In this document: positions 1 through 13,350 of the stretch, piece by piece
How positions within the stretch are numbered: the first letter of the stretch is position 1
Layout of the letters: every line of letters begins with the position of its first letter
From: Malacoraja senta
Lineage: Eukaryota
NCBI GenBank assembly: GCA_038087875.1
Contig: CM075989.1
Location: 13,332,001-13,396,000, forward strand
Length of the DNA stretch: 64,000 nucleotides
Direction of reading: 5' to 3'
Made by a program: the position numbers and the translations under genes
Notes under the pieces: model-generated
Databases searched by the model: none
Told to the model about the DNA's origin: nothing
Seen by the model: only the letters and a program-made list of their open reading frames with translations

Positions 1-2162
1 CCGACCCCTGACCTAAAGGATAATAAATTGGATAATAATGTGAAGATCTCTCTGCTGGTGTGCCGTGCATTTGGTCAAAATATTCAAATGCAATTGCTGC
101 AATTTTTATTTTACTTTAGACCCTTTTTTACTTCCCTGCAGCAAACTTGTTGGTCATTCTCTACTATCGTTTAAATGATCTCTTAAATGATCCAGCGAGA
201 CACTTTGTTGTGCCATTATTGGTGCATCCAAACAGAAAGATTAAATATTTACCCTTGTCGCTTCATATTCTGCTGCTATCAATTCTTGAAAACATGTTCG
301 GCTATTTTTCATTAAATACATGCACACCTCCAGGTTGTTCTCCTTTCTGCCCATCATTGAATCCCTCCAGTTATTTTTCACCACCACTGAGCCACAGTAC
401 ATTGTTGTCTCAGTGAAACACTCTGCCCCTTGTCGTTCTCTGCATTCTGTTAGATCGATCACAAGCTGCCTGTAACATGTCTTCACATTTTTCAAGCCAA
501 AGATGAAATTGAAGCTTGGTGATAAGACAGGGTATGAAGGTGGTGTGGGGGGGTTCAGAGAAATATTATATCTGTTGGATTAATTTCAGTTTATGATATT
601 TTACTCAAATCTCTTGTATATTTATGTCCTAGAGAGGTAATTCAGCACATGAATTGGGAGACTGGGATTAAAGGAATGATCACGACTCAAGGGATGAGTC
701 TTGATCATTCCTTTAATCCCATTCTCCCACTTAATTTCCTCAAATTTATCTGGTATATATATCCATTACCCCCCCTGATTCTATCATCATGTACTATTGG
801 GGCAATTAATAATGGCCAGTAAACCTGCCATCCAAAAAGTATTCAGGATATAGATCACCAAAAAAATGCAGTTACGGAGAACAAACAAACTCCACACAGC
901 ATTAGAGATCCCAATAAACCCATTTCACTGCAGCTATGTAACATCTGCTGCACACTAAGCATTTTGGAAAATCTGACCAGATTACACGAGCCAGTGTGGA
1001 TTTATTGTGGTAGATAAGTGTGTGTATGGATGGAAAATATTTTTTTGATCCAGAGGTCAAAGTTAGAGTCATAATTACACGGCCCTTTGATCCAATTCAT
1101 CCATATTACTCCCATTTGCTTGTGTTGGCCCATTTTTCTCTAAACCTTTGTTATCCATGTACCTTTTAAACATTGTAATTGTACCCGCTTCTATCAACTC
1201 TTAAGGCAGTTTGTTTCATAAACCAACCACCCTCTGTGTGGAAAATCCCTCCCCTCTCATTTGAAATCTCTGCCCCCTAGTTTTAGATTCCACTGATGTG
1301 GTTAAAGTCTGATCTGCCCCTCTTGGTTTTGTAAACCTCTACCCTCAGCCTCCTTTGCACCAGGGAAAACAGGCCCAACGTATTCAGTTTCTCCATATAA
1401 CTCATGCCCTCCAGTCTCAGTAATTTCCTTGTGAATCTTTTCTGTACCCTCTTTTAATCACATCCTCATAACATGGCAACCAGAACTACACGAAACACTC
1501 CACGTGTGGTCTCACCGACTTCTTGCGCAGTTGCAACATGACATCCCAACTCTTACAACTGTGAACAGATGTCGGATTTTCATAAATCAGTGAAACATAC
1601 TAAGGGGCTGTGCATAAAATGCTGCAAACACTTGGGTCAAGCTGTGAGGGGAAAGAGTTAATATTTCAGGTCCAAAACTTTTTGTCAAAGCTCTGAGATC
1701 TGAAATGTCAACGCTCTTTCCTTTCCCACGGTCTGTCCTGCTGACTCCTTCCAGCACTTTCCATTTTTATTTCAGATTTCCAGCAATGCAGTTTTTTCTC
1801 TCATGATTTTCATCTGATATAATACATTTGCTATCCTATCCTGTGAATGGATGCATCTCTAAAGGCCTCATTTATACTGGTGGCCCATATGTTCTGTGAC
1901 ATATTTGCCTCGGATGTTTCTGATCATTTGAATTTCCTTCCAAACCAATTGAGAAATACAGATGATTAAACATACTGCTGAAACAAATGATGAGTTTAAT
2001 CTGCCTTTTAGTAAATATTGCTGTCGGTGGCAAGATATAGCATGTTTATCTGCTGTTGAGTCATTCCTCCCTATTTCCCCAGACATGGAGCCAAGTTAAT
2101 CTTTTTTACTGTTTTTGATCCGTTGCTTAATCAATATGTCATATTTTATTTTCTGTACTTAG

Positions 2163-2284
2163 ATATCAAAAGGAATGATTATACGCCAGACAAAATGGTA
2201 CTAGCTCAAGATGATGTAGAAGTTGCAATCCAGTCTGGCAGTGGTACCAAAGATGTACGAAACTCAATACGCCTAATGATTTAG
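2163..2284 (+). CDS. TRPM7: TRPM7 channel-kinase, last coding exon (upstream exons lie outside the window)
   Basis: After the acceptor ttctgtacttag it reads (D)IKRNDYTPDKMVLAQDDVEVAIQSGSGTKDVRNSIRLMI*, matching the recalled TRPM7 C-terminus (DLKRNDYTPDK...NSVRLML*). TRPM7-USP50-USP8 is the known human gene order. Confidence 0.93.
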
Positions 2285-3370
2285 GCACTGAGAATGGTAC
2301 AGAGACAGTCTCCCGCTGCCAGAAACTTGAAATTACCTGAAGTCGCCTTTGTCGCTGAATCAGAAGGGCTGCCAAGAGTTCTGTGGAAGCAAGTTCCCAA
2401 AATCTAATCACGGACGATTTGTTGAAACAAAAACAAAGGGTAAAGAATGCTGTGACTTGTCTGTAGTCTTGCCTGATGCATTTGCAGTGCAATCTAAATG
2501 TAACTAGCTATTTTGTTGTTGTGTAATTGACCTGTTGTGAGAATTGCAGCAAGCGATGTTGAGGTTAATGAACTGAAATTATCTGTTCTCTACAGAGCAA
2601 TCCATGTTGAAAGCAAATTTAATTGAAGTGTAAAGATTTTAAACAAAGCAAAATGCCGGTTTTAAGTCTTCACAATGCATACATTTTAAACCATTTTTAA
2701 TCAATTTATTTAATAAAGCCATGTATATTGGTACAATTGTACCAAGATGCAAATAATATTTAAACTACAAATTACCAAGCAGAAAAATCCTCTATAAAAT
2801 GTGAAGTAGTGTTATGTCTGACAAAATATGGCGGGTTTTTAATAAGCCGATCAATTAAACTAACACATGAAACAAGCAAGAATTGTTTAGTCAGCACAGT
2901 CAAAAGAATGTTCTGGTAATCTGATTTTAATGAATTTCCGTTGTAATGCTAGAATTTGTGGTACATGCAGATTGAATTTAAAAGGAAGTATTGAAATCCT
3001 TGTATATATGGTAATGGGCAGATTGCAATCTATCTTTATGCAAATAATGAGACCTGAATTGGTTGAATTGTCAGCACGATGTCAGCATGTCGACCTTAAA
3101 ATATTTATGTAAATGGTGGCATCGGGCATCTTTTCTATGTTACAGAGGTACTATTGTCATTTTTAAAACAAGGGTGTTTATATGAAGAGCTGTATAATTT
3201 TTAATCTAATAGATGTATCTTATAGATACTGTATCTAAGGCACGAACACAACTTAAAATAAGATGGTGGTTTTACATAGGTTGGATGGTAAAGGCCAAGC
3301 GCTAATGGGATCATGCTGCTTAAATTTTGTACATCATTTAATCTAATAAAAGATTTTTTTGAAGTTTGTC
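2285..3370 (+). other. TRPM7: Probable TRPM7 3' UTR with candidate polyadenylation signals
   Basis: AT-rich, repeat-poor sequence after the stop; AATAAA at 2712-2717 and 3345-3350. The true end cannot be determined from sequence. Confidence 0.55.
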
Positions 3371-3569
3371 TTGAATATACTTCACTTGCTAGTCGAAAAT
3401 CCATCCAGAAGATTAGGAAGATTTGGAATCAAGATTGGAATTTAAAAGGCATAAATCGTGATGCCTTTCTTCCTGAATGATGAAATTCACAGTGCATCTT
3501 GGGCATATGACACTTATAAGGTGTTAACACTGGTAGAACAAGTCATTGCAATACAGTTTGAGGTCTAAA

Positions 3570-4900
3570 TAGTCATACAGAACTGAAGCAAGCCCTTCAG
3601 TCCACCAAGTCCGTGCCAGCCATCAAGCTCGCTTAAAAAGCTGCATCATGACTTTCTGACTCCTATACTCAATGCCTGACCCATGAAAGCAAGTATGCCT
3701 TTACGACTATCTACTTGTGTTGCCACTTTCTGGGAGTTACGGACTTGACGCCCCCCCCCCAAAGATCCCTCCATATATTAATGCTGTTAGGGGTATTTCC
3801 ATGATTACTTTCCCCTTACATTCAACCTCCAAAATGCAGCACCTTGCACATGCTCAGATTAAACTATATCTGCTATTTCTCTGCACATTTTTGTAGCTGA
3901 TATAATCCTGCCATATACTTTGACAGCCGTCTTCAGTCCACACTCCAGCAAACTGGTGTTGTCTGCAAATTTACTAACCAACCGTCTATATGTGTATATA
4001 TCACAAACAGAGGTCCCAGCATAGATCCCTGTAGAACTCCACTGGTCACAGACATCCAGCCTGAATAATGCTCTCCCACCACAACCCTGTCTTCTGTTAG
4101 TAAGGCAGCTCTGAATACATACAACCAGGTCACTGTGAATCCTTTGCATCTTAATGTTCTGGATCAGCCGACCAAGGGGGAAACCATCAAATGCCTTACT
4201 AAAATCCATGTAAACAACATCCACTGCCTTACCCTCATCAATCGAATTCATCACCTCAAAAATAGATCGAGGTACATACAAAGTTGACTGTCCCTAATTA
4301 GCCGATTCTCTTCCAAATGGATGTAAATCTTATCCCAAAGAATCCTCTCCAACCCTACCACCAAAGATGCTACTCTAGTATCTTTGCCTACCACTAACGT
4401 GAAGCTCACAGTCCTGAATTCTTTCTATTCACACTTAAACAAAGTCACAACATTGGCTACTCTCCAGTCCTTCAGGACCTCATCCAAGATCCTACCCAAG
4501 GCTCCAACAATCTCCTCTCTTAATAACCAGGGATCAATCGACATTAATGATTTTCAAGAGCTCCCAAACCACCTCTTTCTTGATTTCAAATAGTTCTTAC
4601 ATATTATTTTCTCCACACTGATCTCATAGTCAATCCACGTCCTTCTCCTTGGTGAATAGAAATGCAAAGTATTTGTTTAGTATCTTGCCTTCATCCCCTG
4701 ACTCCAGACATACATTTCCTCCTTTATCCTTGAGCAGTCTAATCTTTTGCCTGGTTGCCCTCTTGTTTTAATGTAGTTATAAAACGGCTTGGGATTTTCC
4801 TTAAACTTTAACGCCTTTCACCAAAGCCTTTCCTTTGGTCCATTTTGGCCCTTCTAATTGTCTGCTAGAGTTCTTTCCTATTTGCTTTATAATAATTTGC
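3570..4900 (-). mobile_element. CR1-type LINE fragment (resumes at about 6200-6420)
   Basis: AVDVVYMDFSKAFD, SGVLQGSMLGPLF and SKFADNT motifs with frameshifts. Confidence 0.8.
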
Positions 4901-4924
4901 TTTTTAGAGCAGATAATAATACTG

Positions 4925-6200
4925 GATTCAGCCGACGTGTGAAGAACCATAACCAGGGTTGACCGGGACCAGACAACATATTTGGTTGTCTGCTCAAGGA
5001 ATGTGCTAACCAGCTGGCGGATGTCCTCTCACACATTTTCCACATCTCCCTGAGCCAGGCTACTGTCCCCACCTGCTTCAGAGTCGCCACCATCATCCCA
5101 GTGCCAAAAAAAGTCATCTGTCTCCTGCCTCAATGACTACCGTCCCGTGGCACTGACCCCCATCGTGATGAAGTGCTTCGAATGGTTAGTCATGGGACAC
5201 ATCAAGAATAACCTCCCCACCTCACTAGACCCCCACCAGTTCGCATACCACCCTTAACCGCTCCACAGAAAACGCCATCTCCTCCACCCTCCTGAACACT
5301 GGAGCCCCCCAAGGCTGTGTCCTTAGTCCACCACTATTCACACTAATCCACGACTGCCGCCAAACACAACACCAACTAAATAATCAAATTTACAGATGAC
5401 ACTACAGTGGTGGGCCTCATCAGAGACAACAATGAGACTGCCTACAGAGAGGAAGTGGCACAGCTTGTGAACTGGTGCGAAGATAACAATCTGTCTCTGA
5501 ACGTCACCAAGACCAAAGAGATGATTGTAGACTTCTGGAGAACTCCCCCCTGCACATCAATGGCTCCATCGTGGAAAGGGTGAGCAACATCAAATTCCGA
5601 GCGGTGCACCTCGCTGACGACCTCTCCTGGTCTCTCAACACTACACACCTGGCCAGGAGGGCTCAGCAGAGGCTGTACTTCCTCAGGAGGCTGAAATGAG
5701 CGAGGCTTCCCCCACCCATCCTATCTATGTTCTTTAGAGGTACCACAGAGAGCATCATGACCAGCTGCATCACCGTCTGGTACGGGAACTGCACCACATC
5801 AGGCAGAAAGACCCTGCAGCGATTAGTCAGGGCAGCGGAGAACATCATTGGGGAGCCTCTCCCAACCATGCCGGACAATTTCAACAAAATGTGCATTTCA
5901 ACAACAAAAAAACTCCAACATTATAAAGGACTCCTCCCACCCTCTCCATGGACTCTTTGCCCTTCTGCCGTCCGGCATGAGGTACCAGAGCATCAAGGCC
6001 AGCGCCACCAGGATGTGCAACAACTTCTTCCCCCTGGCTGTTAGAATGATGAATACCCTGCTGATCCCCCAACGCACACACACACCTCACCTAAAACACA
6101 ATATCAACCACTATGCACCTTGCACCTCAGTCCCGTGAGAAATGACATTTCGCTCAAATGTATACTTATATGTTCGAATGACAAATAATTTATTATTATT
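4925..6200 (+). mobile_element. Rex1/Babar-like non-LTR retrotransposon, 5'-truncated and decayed, nested in a CR1
   Basis: Remnant RT motifs [43 protein letters not shown]; 3' peptide ESIMTSCITVWYGNC; (tta)n tail near 6190. Confidence 0.75.
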
Positions 6201-8179
6201 CCACAAAGATCCTGTCTGATTTCATCTTCTTAAACCTTACATTAACTTCATTTTGACCAAATTTACGATCTCTGGCCATCCATAGTCCCTTACCTTGCCA
6301 TTCTTTATCAGTAATTACTGGAACATGCTGGTCATGGATTTTGATCAACTGGCTTTTAAATGACTCCTACGTGTCAGGTGCTGACTTACCCAATAACAAC
6401 TGTATTTAATTCCTTCAACTAGCATCACAATCGCAACTTTTTAATCCTGTCTCACACCTTCTGTCTTTTTATTTCTGTCTTTGTCCAACCATCTGCTTAT
6501 CAAAACCCCCCCTCACCTGCATCCATCTATTACTTGCTAGGCTGTTCTCCCCGTAACCTTTGACATTCACCTTAAAAGCCTCTCTGCCTTTCCTCTGTTC
6601 CAGCTGTCATTCTTCCCCCCCCCCCCAACAAATCGTCTCCTATCCGTGTTCTCCAGAGATGCTGCCCGACCTGCTGAGTTACTCCAGAGCTTTGTCTTTT
6701 TTTGTAAACCAGCATCTGCAGTTCCTTGTTTCTACTTCTTTTATCTTCCTCTCTATCGCATCTGAAACATCGAAACTCCGAAACATGGTATCCAAAATGA
6801 TATATTTGTTACAGAGAGTAGTATTATTGTGTTCTGGTCACCCCCCCCCCCCCCCCCCTTTTGGAAGAATGAGGAAACTTTGGAAAGGGTGCAGAAGAGG
6901 TTTACCAGAATGTGCCTGGATTAGAGAATACTAGCTATAAGGAAAGGTTGAACAAACTTGGCTTATTTTTCTGGAGGGTGATAGGAGACCTGATAGAAGT
7001 ATATAAAATAATGAGAGGCAAAGGTAGGGTGGACAGTCAGAAACTTTTTTTTCCCCAGGGTGAAAATGTCAAGGGCATAGCTTTAAGGTGAAATGGGCAA
7101 ATTTTAAAGGAGATATGTGGGGTACGTTTTTGACACAGTGATGAGTGTCAGGAGCACGCCGCCAAGTGTGGTGGTTGGGGCAAATATGATAGTGGTGTTT
7201 AAGAGGCATTTGGATACACACAGGGATATGCAGAGAATTGAAGGAAATGGATCACTTATCCATATCTGAGGCGATTAACTTGTCATCACATTCAGTGCAG
7301 ACATTGTGGGCTAAAGAACTTGTACCTGTGCTATATTGTTCCATGTTCTGTGCCAGGATCAGCCACAGACAATCCTGCACTCCATACCTAGCACTCTGCC
7401 TTTCCTGGGAGTTACTCATCTACCTGGTGTGACAACCTCATTGAAATTCCTACCTATGACGCTCTCAGCATCACGGTCCAGGGTGCGTCCAACTGCATTT
7501 CCAGCCACTCAATTTCCATAGATGCTGCCGCACCCGCTGAGTTTCTCCAGCACTTTTGTCTACCTTCGATTTTCCAGCATCTGCAGTTCCTTCTTAAACA
7601 CTCAATGCCACTAGTTACGAGCTGTAGCTGGACACATTGCCCACAGGTGTAGTCCGCGGGAACACTGGAAGTTTCCCTGGTCTACCACTTTCAGCAGGAA
7701 GAGCACTGTCCTGACTACGTTAAAGCAAAAGAGGAAAGGTAGAAAGATTGTATCTTGCTTTTCCACTTCTCAGCACCTCCGCTGAAGCCTTTAGTGATAA
7801 AGCCTCAGAAGTTTCCATTCATCCGCATCTTATGTGCTCAGTGTGTGTTCCGCATGTGCGAAGTCTGTACAACTTGTTTCGCATCGGAGGTAGACACAAA
7901 ATTCTGCCGTAACTCAGCGGGACGGGCAGCATCTCTGGAGAGAAGGGTCTCGACCCGAAACGTCACCCATTCCTTCTCTCCAGAGATGCTGCCCGTCCCG
8001 CTGAGTTCGTTACTCCAGAATTTTGTTCGAATCTACCTTCGATTTAAACCAGCATCTGCAGTTATTTCCGACGCACATTGTTTGGCATCGGCATCGACCT
8101 CTGCTCACTGTGGACGCAGGCCATAGATGCTGGAATCTGAAGCAACAAACGAGCCAACCTTCACTTTGTTCTGTTGCCG

Positions 8180-8600
8180 ACCGCAGGTGGGTCAGCTGGC
8201 GAGCTCTTCCCAGCCTCCCTTCTCCTGCATTTTGTTTTATTTCGAATTCAAACTGCTGGCCTGGCTTCGATGTCCGGTGTGTTGCAAGCCACCCGCTGGG
8301 CCTGGGACGGTCTCGGGTGGGGCAACGTCAGTGGTGCCGGCCTGTGCGCGGCTCTGGGGGGCGAGTGGTCACAAGAGACCCCGGGACGTCAACGGGGCCC
8401 CGGGCTCAGGTGGCGGTCGTCGCCCGTAAGATGAGGCCTTGTGGATGTGGCTGCGGCGTCCAGCCTGAAGATATCCCCTCGGAAAGCCAACAAAGCCTGG
8501 CGGAAAGCAGCCTGGCTGGGGGCGTGTACGAAGGCGAACACAAAGTTGATGTCAAGGTGGAGTACTGGTGAGTGGGGCGTGTCTACCGTCCCGGGAATTG
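8180..8600 (+). promoter_or_regulatory. CpG-rich promoter/first-exon region of the selenoprotein gene
   Basis: Local GC and CpG enrichment against a CpG-poor background, overlapping coding exon 1. Confidence 0.55.
8431..8567 (+). CDS. selenow2: SELENOW2/MIEN1-like (Rdx family) selenoprotein, coding exon 1
   Basis: ATG at 8431 (A at -3) in a CpG-rich region; MRPCGCGCGVQPEDIPSESQQSLAESSLAGGVYEGEHKVDVKVEY plus a split Cys codon (tg|); donor gtgagt at 8568. VKVEYC is the Rdx-family first strand. The choice of start codon is inferred. Confidence 0.8.
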
Positions 8601-9086
8601 GTTTAGGTTTATTATTGTCACGTGCACCGAGGTACAATGAAAAGGTTTGTTGTGCCTTTTGTCCAATCCCATCAGATATTACTATACATAAATACAATCA
8701 AGCCAAACTCAATAGATAGAGCAAAGGATAGAATATATAGTGTAGTATAGTGCACCAGTTCCAGAGACAACGTCCATGTCAAGGGTGCAGGTGAATCTGA
8801 CATTATCCAAGCTTATGAAGGACAAGTTGGCGATATGCAGAGTACTGCGCTGCCGACTACAAATTCAGAAGATAACAGAGGCAAAGAAGCTGTTCCTAAG
8901 TTGCGGGGGCGTCCCCGGGTACTATGGGCTATTGGTTCTGGCTGCACTGTGACTACAAAATAGTGCAGATTAGTTCAACATCAATGCTGTTGAGATAATC
9001 TGGGGTAAGTACAGACACTCACTGGGACAGCGGGTTGTGGGGGGATGGCGCTGGTGCTGCTTGTCATTCTGACACTCTGTCCCCAG

Positions 9087-9184
9087 TGCCGGATGAGGCT
9101 TCCTGGCGCGTTTCCTGTTCCTTGCCACTGAGATTAAGGAGCAAATTCCAGAGGCGCACATCACCGGGTTCATAGGACAGAAAG
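9087..9184 (+). CDS. selenow2: SELENOW2/MIEN1-like selenoprotein, exon 2 with in-frame Sec UGA (9094-9096)
   Basis: Acceptor ctctgtccccag, phase matches exon 1; (C)AG-TGA-GFLARFLFLATEIKEQIPEAHITGFIGQK(G); donor gtgagt at 9185. Gives a C-x-x-U motif. Confidence 0.9.
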
Positions 9185-9949
9185 GTGAGTGGACCTATCA
9201 CATAATGCAGACTTTAATTTGCCCAACGTTCTGTAAGAATCGCTTCTCATTTAGTTTCTTTATTCGCCAACTCAGAGGCTCCCCTGACTTTTGAAACAGC
9301 TCTAATCACCTCCACTGGGACCACCTTGACATCCGACCCCCTTCTGGTTGCCAGGGAACAGCCTCTCCACCACCTCGGCCCCCTCCTCCCCTGTAATATC
9401 TTCATAGATCTTTTATGCACCCGTTTCCTGTTAAATGGCATAATTCCTCTAACAGGGTGACCAGAACTGTACACTGTACTCCAAATGTGGCCGTCCCAAT
9501 GTCTTGGGCAATTGTAGAAACAAGAAACCTGCTTATGCTGGTTTACATAAAAAGACACAAAGTGTTGGACTAACTCAACAGGTCAGGCAGCATCTCTGGA
9601 GAATGTGGATAGGTGACGTTTTGGGTCGGGCCCTTATTCAGACTGATTGTTGGGTCGAGAGAGAAGAGGAACAGAACAAAGCCTGGCAAGTAATAGGTGG
9701 ATACAGGTGAGGGTGTTTTTGACAGGTAGATGGTTGTTCAAAGGCCAGAGATGAAAAGACAGAAGGTGTGCAACAAGAAGATTGAAGAGTTGCGAATTGT
9801 GAAGATAGAGGGAGGAATGTAGGTGGAAGGGGAGGGTTGGAGGATAAATAGGGGAATGTCCAGATGGGGCACAGGGGAGATAGGGTGGGAGGAGAAGGGG
9901 GGGATTATCTAAAATTGGAGAATTCAATGTTCATACAAATTCAACCCGT

Positions 9950-11990
9950 CGACCAGGCACCAGCACTCGGACACCTCAGACTTATAACTTGACCATGACC
10001 GTACAGTCGAACACCAGGCCATCATCTCCCAGACTGTTTCTGATCTCATCAGCTCTGGTCATCTCCCTCCACAGCCCCCAAATGTAACACACCCCAACCC
10101 CACACTGCCTGCTTCTATCTCCTTCTCAAAATCCACTGTTAAGACAGCCCTGGCAGACCCATTCTTTCTGCTTGTTCCTGCCCCACAGAACTCACCTCCA
10201 AATACCTTGATTCCATCCTATCACCCCCCCCCCCCCCCCCCCACCTTGACCAGTCCTTTCTGACTTAAATCGGTCGTGACACCTCACATGCCTTTCAACT
10301 CTTCAACAACTTTCAGTTTCATGGTCCCTATCGCCTAATTTTTACCATGGACATCTAGTCCCTTTACACCTCCACCCCCAATCATGAAGGTCTAAAGGCT
10401 CCCCAGTTCTTCCTTGAACAGAGACCAATCAATTTCCTTTTATGAACACACTTCTCGGCCTACGGAACCTGTCCTCGCCCTCTACTGTTCTCCTTTGACT
10501 TACTTTCTCCAAGTTAAAGGTGTAGCCATGAACACTCGCATGAGACCCAGCTATGCCTACCTTTTTGTTGGTTACGTTGAACAGGCCTTATTCCAAATGT
10601 ACACTGGCACCATCCCCCAACTCCTTCACAGCTACATTGATGACTGCATTGGGGCTGCCTCCTTTATACTTGCAGAATTTGATAATTTTAATAACTTTAC
10701 CACTAACTTCCACCCTGCTCTCAAATTCATTTGGACTACCTTTGACACCTCCCTCCCCTTTCTTGATTTCTATGTCTCCTTCACAGGGGACAGACTATTG
10801 ACTGATATCTACTACAAACCTACCGACTCCCAGTTATCTGGACTACACTTTCTCCCACCTTGCCTCTTGCAAAGCCGCTATCCCCTACTCTCAATTTCTC
10901 TGCCTCAGCTGCATCTGCTCCCAAATTGAGGCATTCCATTCCAGAACATCCGAGATGTCCTTGTTCTTTAGTAAACGTGGTTTCTCTCCTGCTGTCAAAG
11001 ATGTATCCTTCACCCGCATCTCCTCTGTGTCCCGCTGTTCTGCTCTCGCTCCCCCTCCTCCGAGATGGAACAAGGAAAGAGCCTGGTCTTCAACTATCAT
11101 CCTACGAGCCACCGCATCCAACGCATCATCCTCTTACATTTTCAACACCTCCAGCGTGATCTCACCCCAGTCGCATATTCCCATCTCCACCCTTTTCCGC
11201 CTTCCGGAGAGATGACTCCCACCTCCGCAGATGTGTCACCTGTCCCTATACCTCCTCCCTCACCTACATCCACAGCAGTTCTTCCAGGTGAGACCGAGGA
11301 TCACGTGCACCTCATCTAACTGTACCTACTGCATCCAGTATTCAACGATGTGGGCTCCTGTACATCATCGAGACCAAGTATAGACTCGGCGAACATTTCG
11401 CCGAACACTTGCGCTCAGGCTGCCAAGGCCTGCTGAATCTCCTGGTTGCTACCCATTTTAACTCCTCTTCCCATTCCCATACTGCCCTTCCTGTTGAGGG
11501 CCTCCTCTATTGCCAGACTGAGGCCACATGCAAACTGGAAGGACAACATCTCGTATTCCGCTAGGGTCGCTTACAACCATTGAATTGTCCAATTTTAAGT
11601 AACAACAAAACCCTCCTCCCCATTCTTTGCCCCACCCCCTCGGTCCCTCACCACTGAGCCTCACCCAGACTCGCACCTATTTCTTCCCTGCCCCCCCCCT
11701 TCCACTACACTCCTTCCTCTTGCTTCGCAATTCTTCAATCTATATGTCTCACATCTTCAATCTTTTCATCTAATTTCTAACCGTTTGCCTAACAAAAAGC
11801 CCACTATTATCAACCTATTACCTACCAGGCTTTGTCCTGGCCCTCCTCTCTTCCAGCTTTCTCCCCCCTCCCCCGAAATTAGTCTGAAGAAGGGTTCCAA
11901 CCCAATACATCACCTATCCTTGGTCTCAAAGGATGCTGCCTGACCCTCTGAGTTACTCCAGCACCTTGTGACATTTTTTTTGTAGTTCCT
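9950..11990 (+). mobile_element. Penelope-like element (RT plus GIY-YIG), decayed, in intron 2 of the selenoprotein gene
   Basis: QVKGVAMNTRMRPSYAYLF, YIDD, LPFLD, DIYYKPTDS; Uri-domain remnant near 11290-11420; characteristic 3' repeat at 11880-11970. Confidence 0.8.
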
Positions 11991-12574
11991 TGTTCCTTCA
12001 ATGTTCAAACTACCCAAGCAGAACATGGCTCCAGGGGAGTCAGCCGCTCTTTTTCAGACTGATGTCAGGGGGGTGGCTGTCTCGACCCGAAACATCATCC
12101 ATTCCTTCTTTCCAGAGATGCTGAGTTACTTCAGCATTTTGTCTCTACCGTCTATAATTAATACCCTGACCGATGAAGGCAAGCATGGCAAACATCTTGT
12201 TCACCACCATGTCAACCTATGTCAACAGTTTCATAAACTATATACCTGCACCCCTAGGTCTCTGTTCTACACCACTCCCCAATGCCCTATTATTTACTTT
12301 GTAAGTCTTGCCCTGGTTTATGCTACCAAAATGCAAAATTTTGCATTTATCGGAATTAAACTCCGTCTGCCATTCCTCGGCCCATTGAAGTAACTAATAC
12401 TCTCAACCAAGATAATAAAGCTACAATTCACAGTCTATCATGGTCTAACACATGTGAAACATCAGGGTGAGACCAGTTCCCCCTGAACTCCAGCTGTTTG
12501 AACCAATTTCAGTTTGGGCAGAGACTGCATTAGGTTTGTGAAATGCTGCAAATTATATTTCTTTGTCTCCTCAG

Positions 12575-12651
12575 GAAGTTTTGAAGTTACAATTAACAAT
12601 AAGTTGGTTTTCTCTAAACTGCAATCAAATACATTCCCTCATCATGGCGAC
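12575..12651 (+). CDS. selenow2: SELENOW2/MIEN1-like selenoprotein, exon 3
   Basis: Acceptor ctttgtctcctcag; (G)SFEVTINNKLVFSKLQSNTFPHHGD, the Rdx signature GxFEV...LVFSKL...FP; donor gtgagt at 12652; phases compatible on both sides. Confidence 0.92.
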
Positions 12652-13048
12652 GTGAGTAAATTAGTTAGAAAGCAGTTTTTCCAGTAATATGAACAATGCG
12701 ATGTTGGCATGTGTTGGTATAATCACATCCAGAACCCTGAAGTGTCATTAAGGTGTTATTCCCAGGAATACTGAGCTACCTGCCTCAGAGTAATCGTAAG
12801 ACATTCAATCCATTGAAATCATGCGGGTGCCTGGTAATTTCAACTGCCCTATTTTCTGCTCTGTCCTCATTATATCCTCTAAATGATTCTCCTTCACATT
12901 CAATTAGTTCCCACTCAAAGGTCCAGATTCATCAGTGAATTCTACGCCATAAAATAGCAGGAAGATGCCCCACAGAACCACTGCTGGAGCCACATGCATC
13001 ACTTGTGGCAAGGCAACAAAAGCAGTAGCAGTATTGTGAAGGGAAATT

Positions 13049-13350
13049 TAGTTTAGAGATGCAACACGGAAACAGGCCCTTTGCCCCCAGCCCGCACCAA
13101 CCAGTGATCCCCGCACATTAACACTACGCTACACACTAGGGACATTTTTTTACAGTTACACCAAGCCAATTAACCCGCACAAACCTGTACATCTTTGGAG
13201 TGTGGGAAGAAACTGAACATCTCGGAGAAAACCCACGCAGGTCGTGGGGAGAACGTACAAATTACGTACAGACAAGCACCCGTAGTCAGAATCAAACCAG
13301 GGTCTCCTGCACCGTAAGGCAGTAGCTCAAGCGCTATCTCACCGTGCCGC
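13049..13350 (-). mobile_element. tRNA-derived V-SINE (HE1-like)
   Basis: Head gcggcacggtg, V-domain-like core (tttgtacgttctcccc...cccacactccaaaga), LINE-type tail ending ctctaaactaaa. Related copies at about 13585-13860 (-), 33330-33520 (-) and 59260-59570 (-). Confidence 0.7.

Noticed and set aside
8023..8571. 182-aa ORF as a single-exon gene
   Set aside because: Its 5' part is Penelope-tail repeat and promoter sequence; only 8431-8567 fits the spliced gene model.
9094..9096. In-frame TGA read as a pseudogenising stop
   Set aside because: It falls exactly at the Sec position of CxxU, the downstream exons are intact and a SECIS is present.
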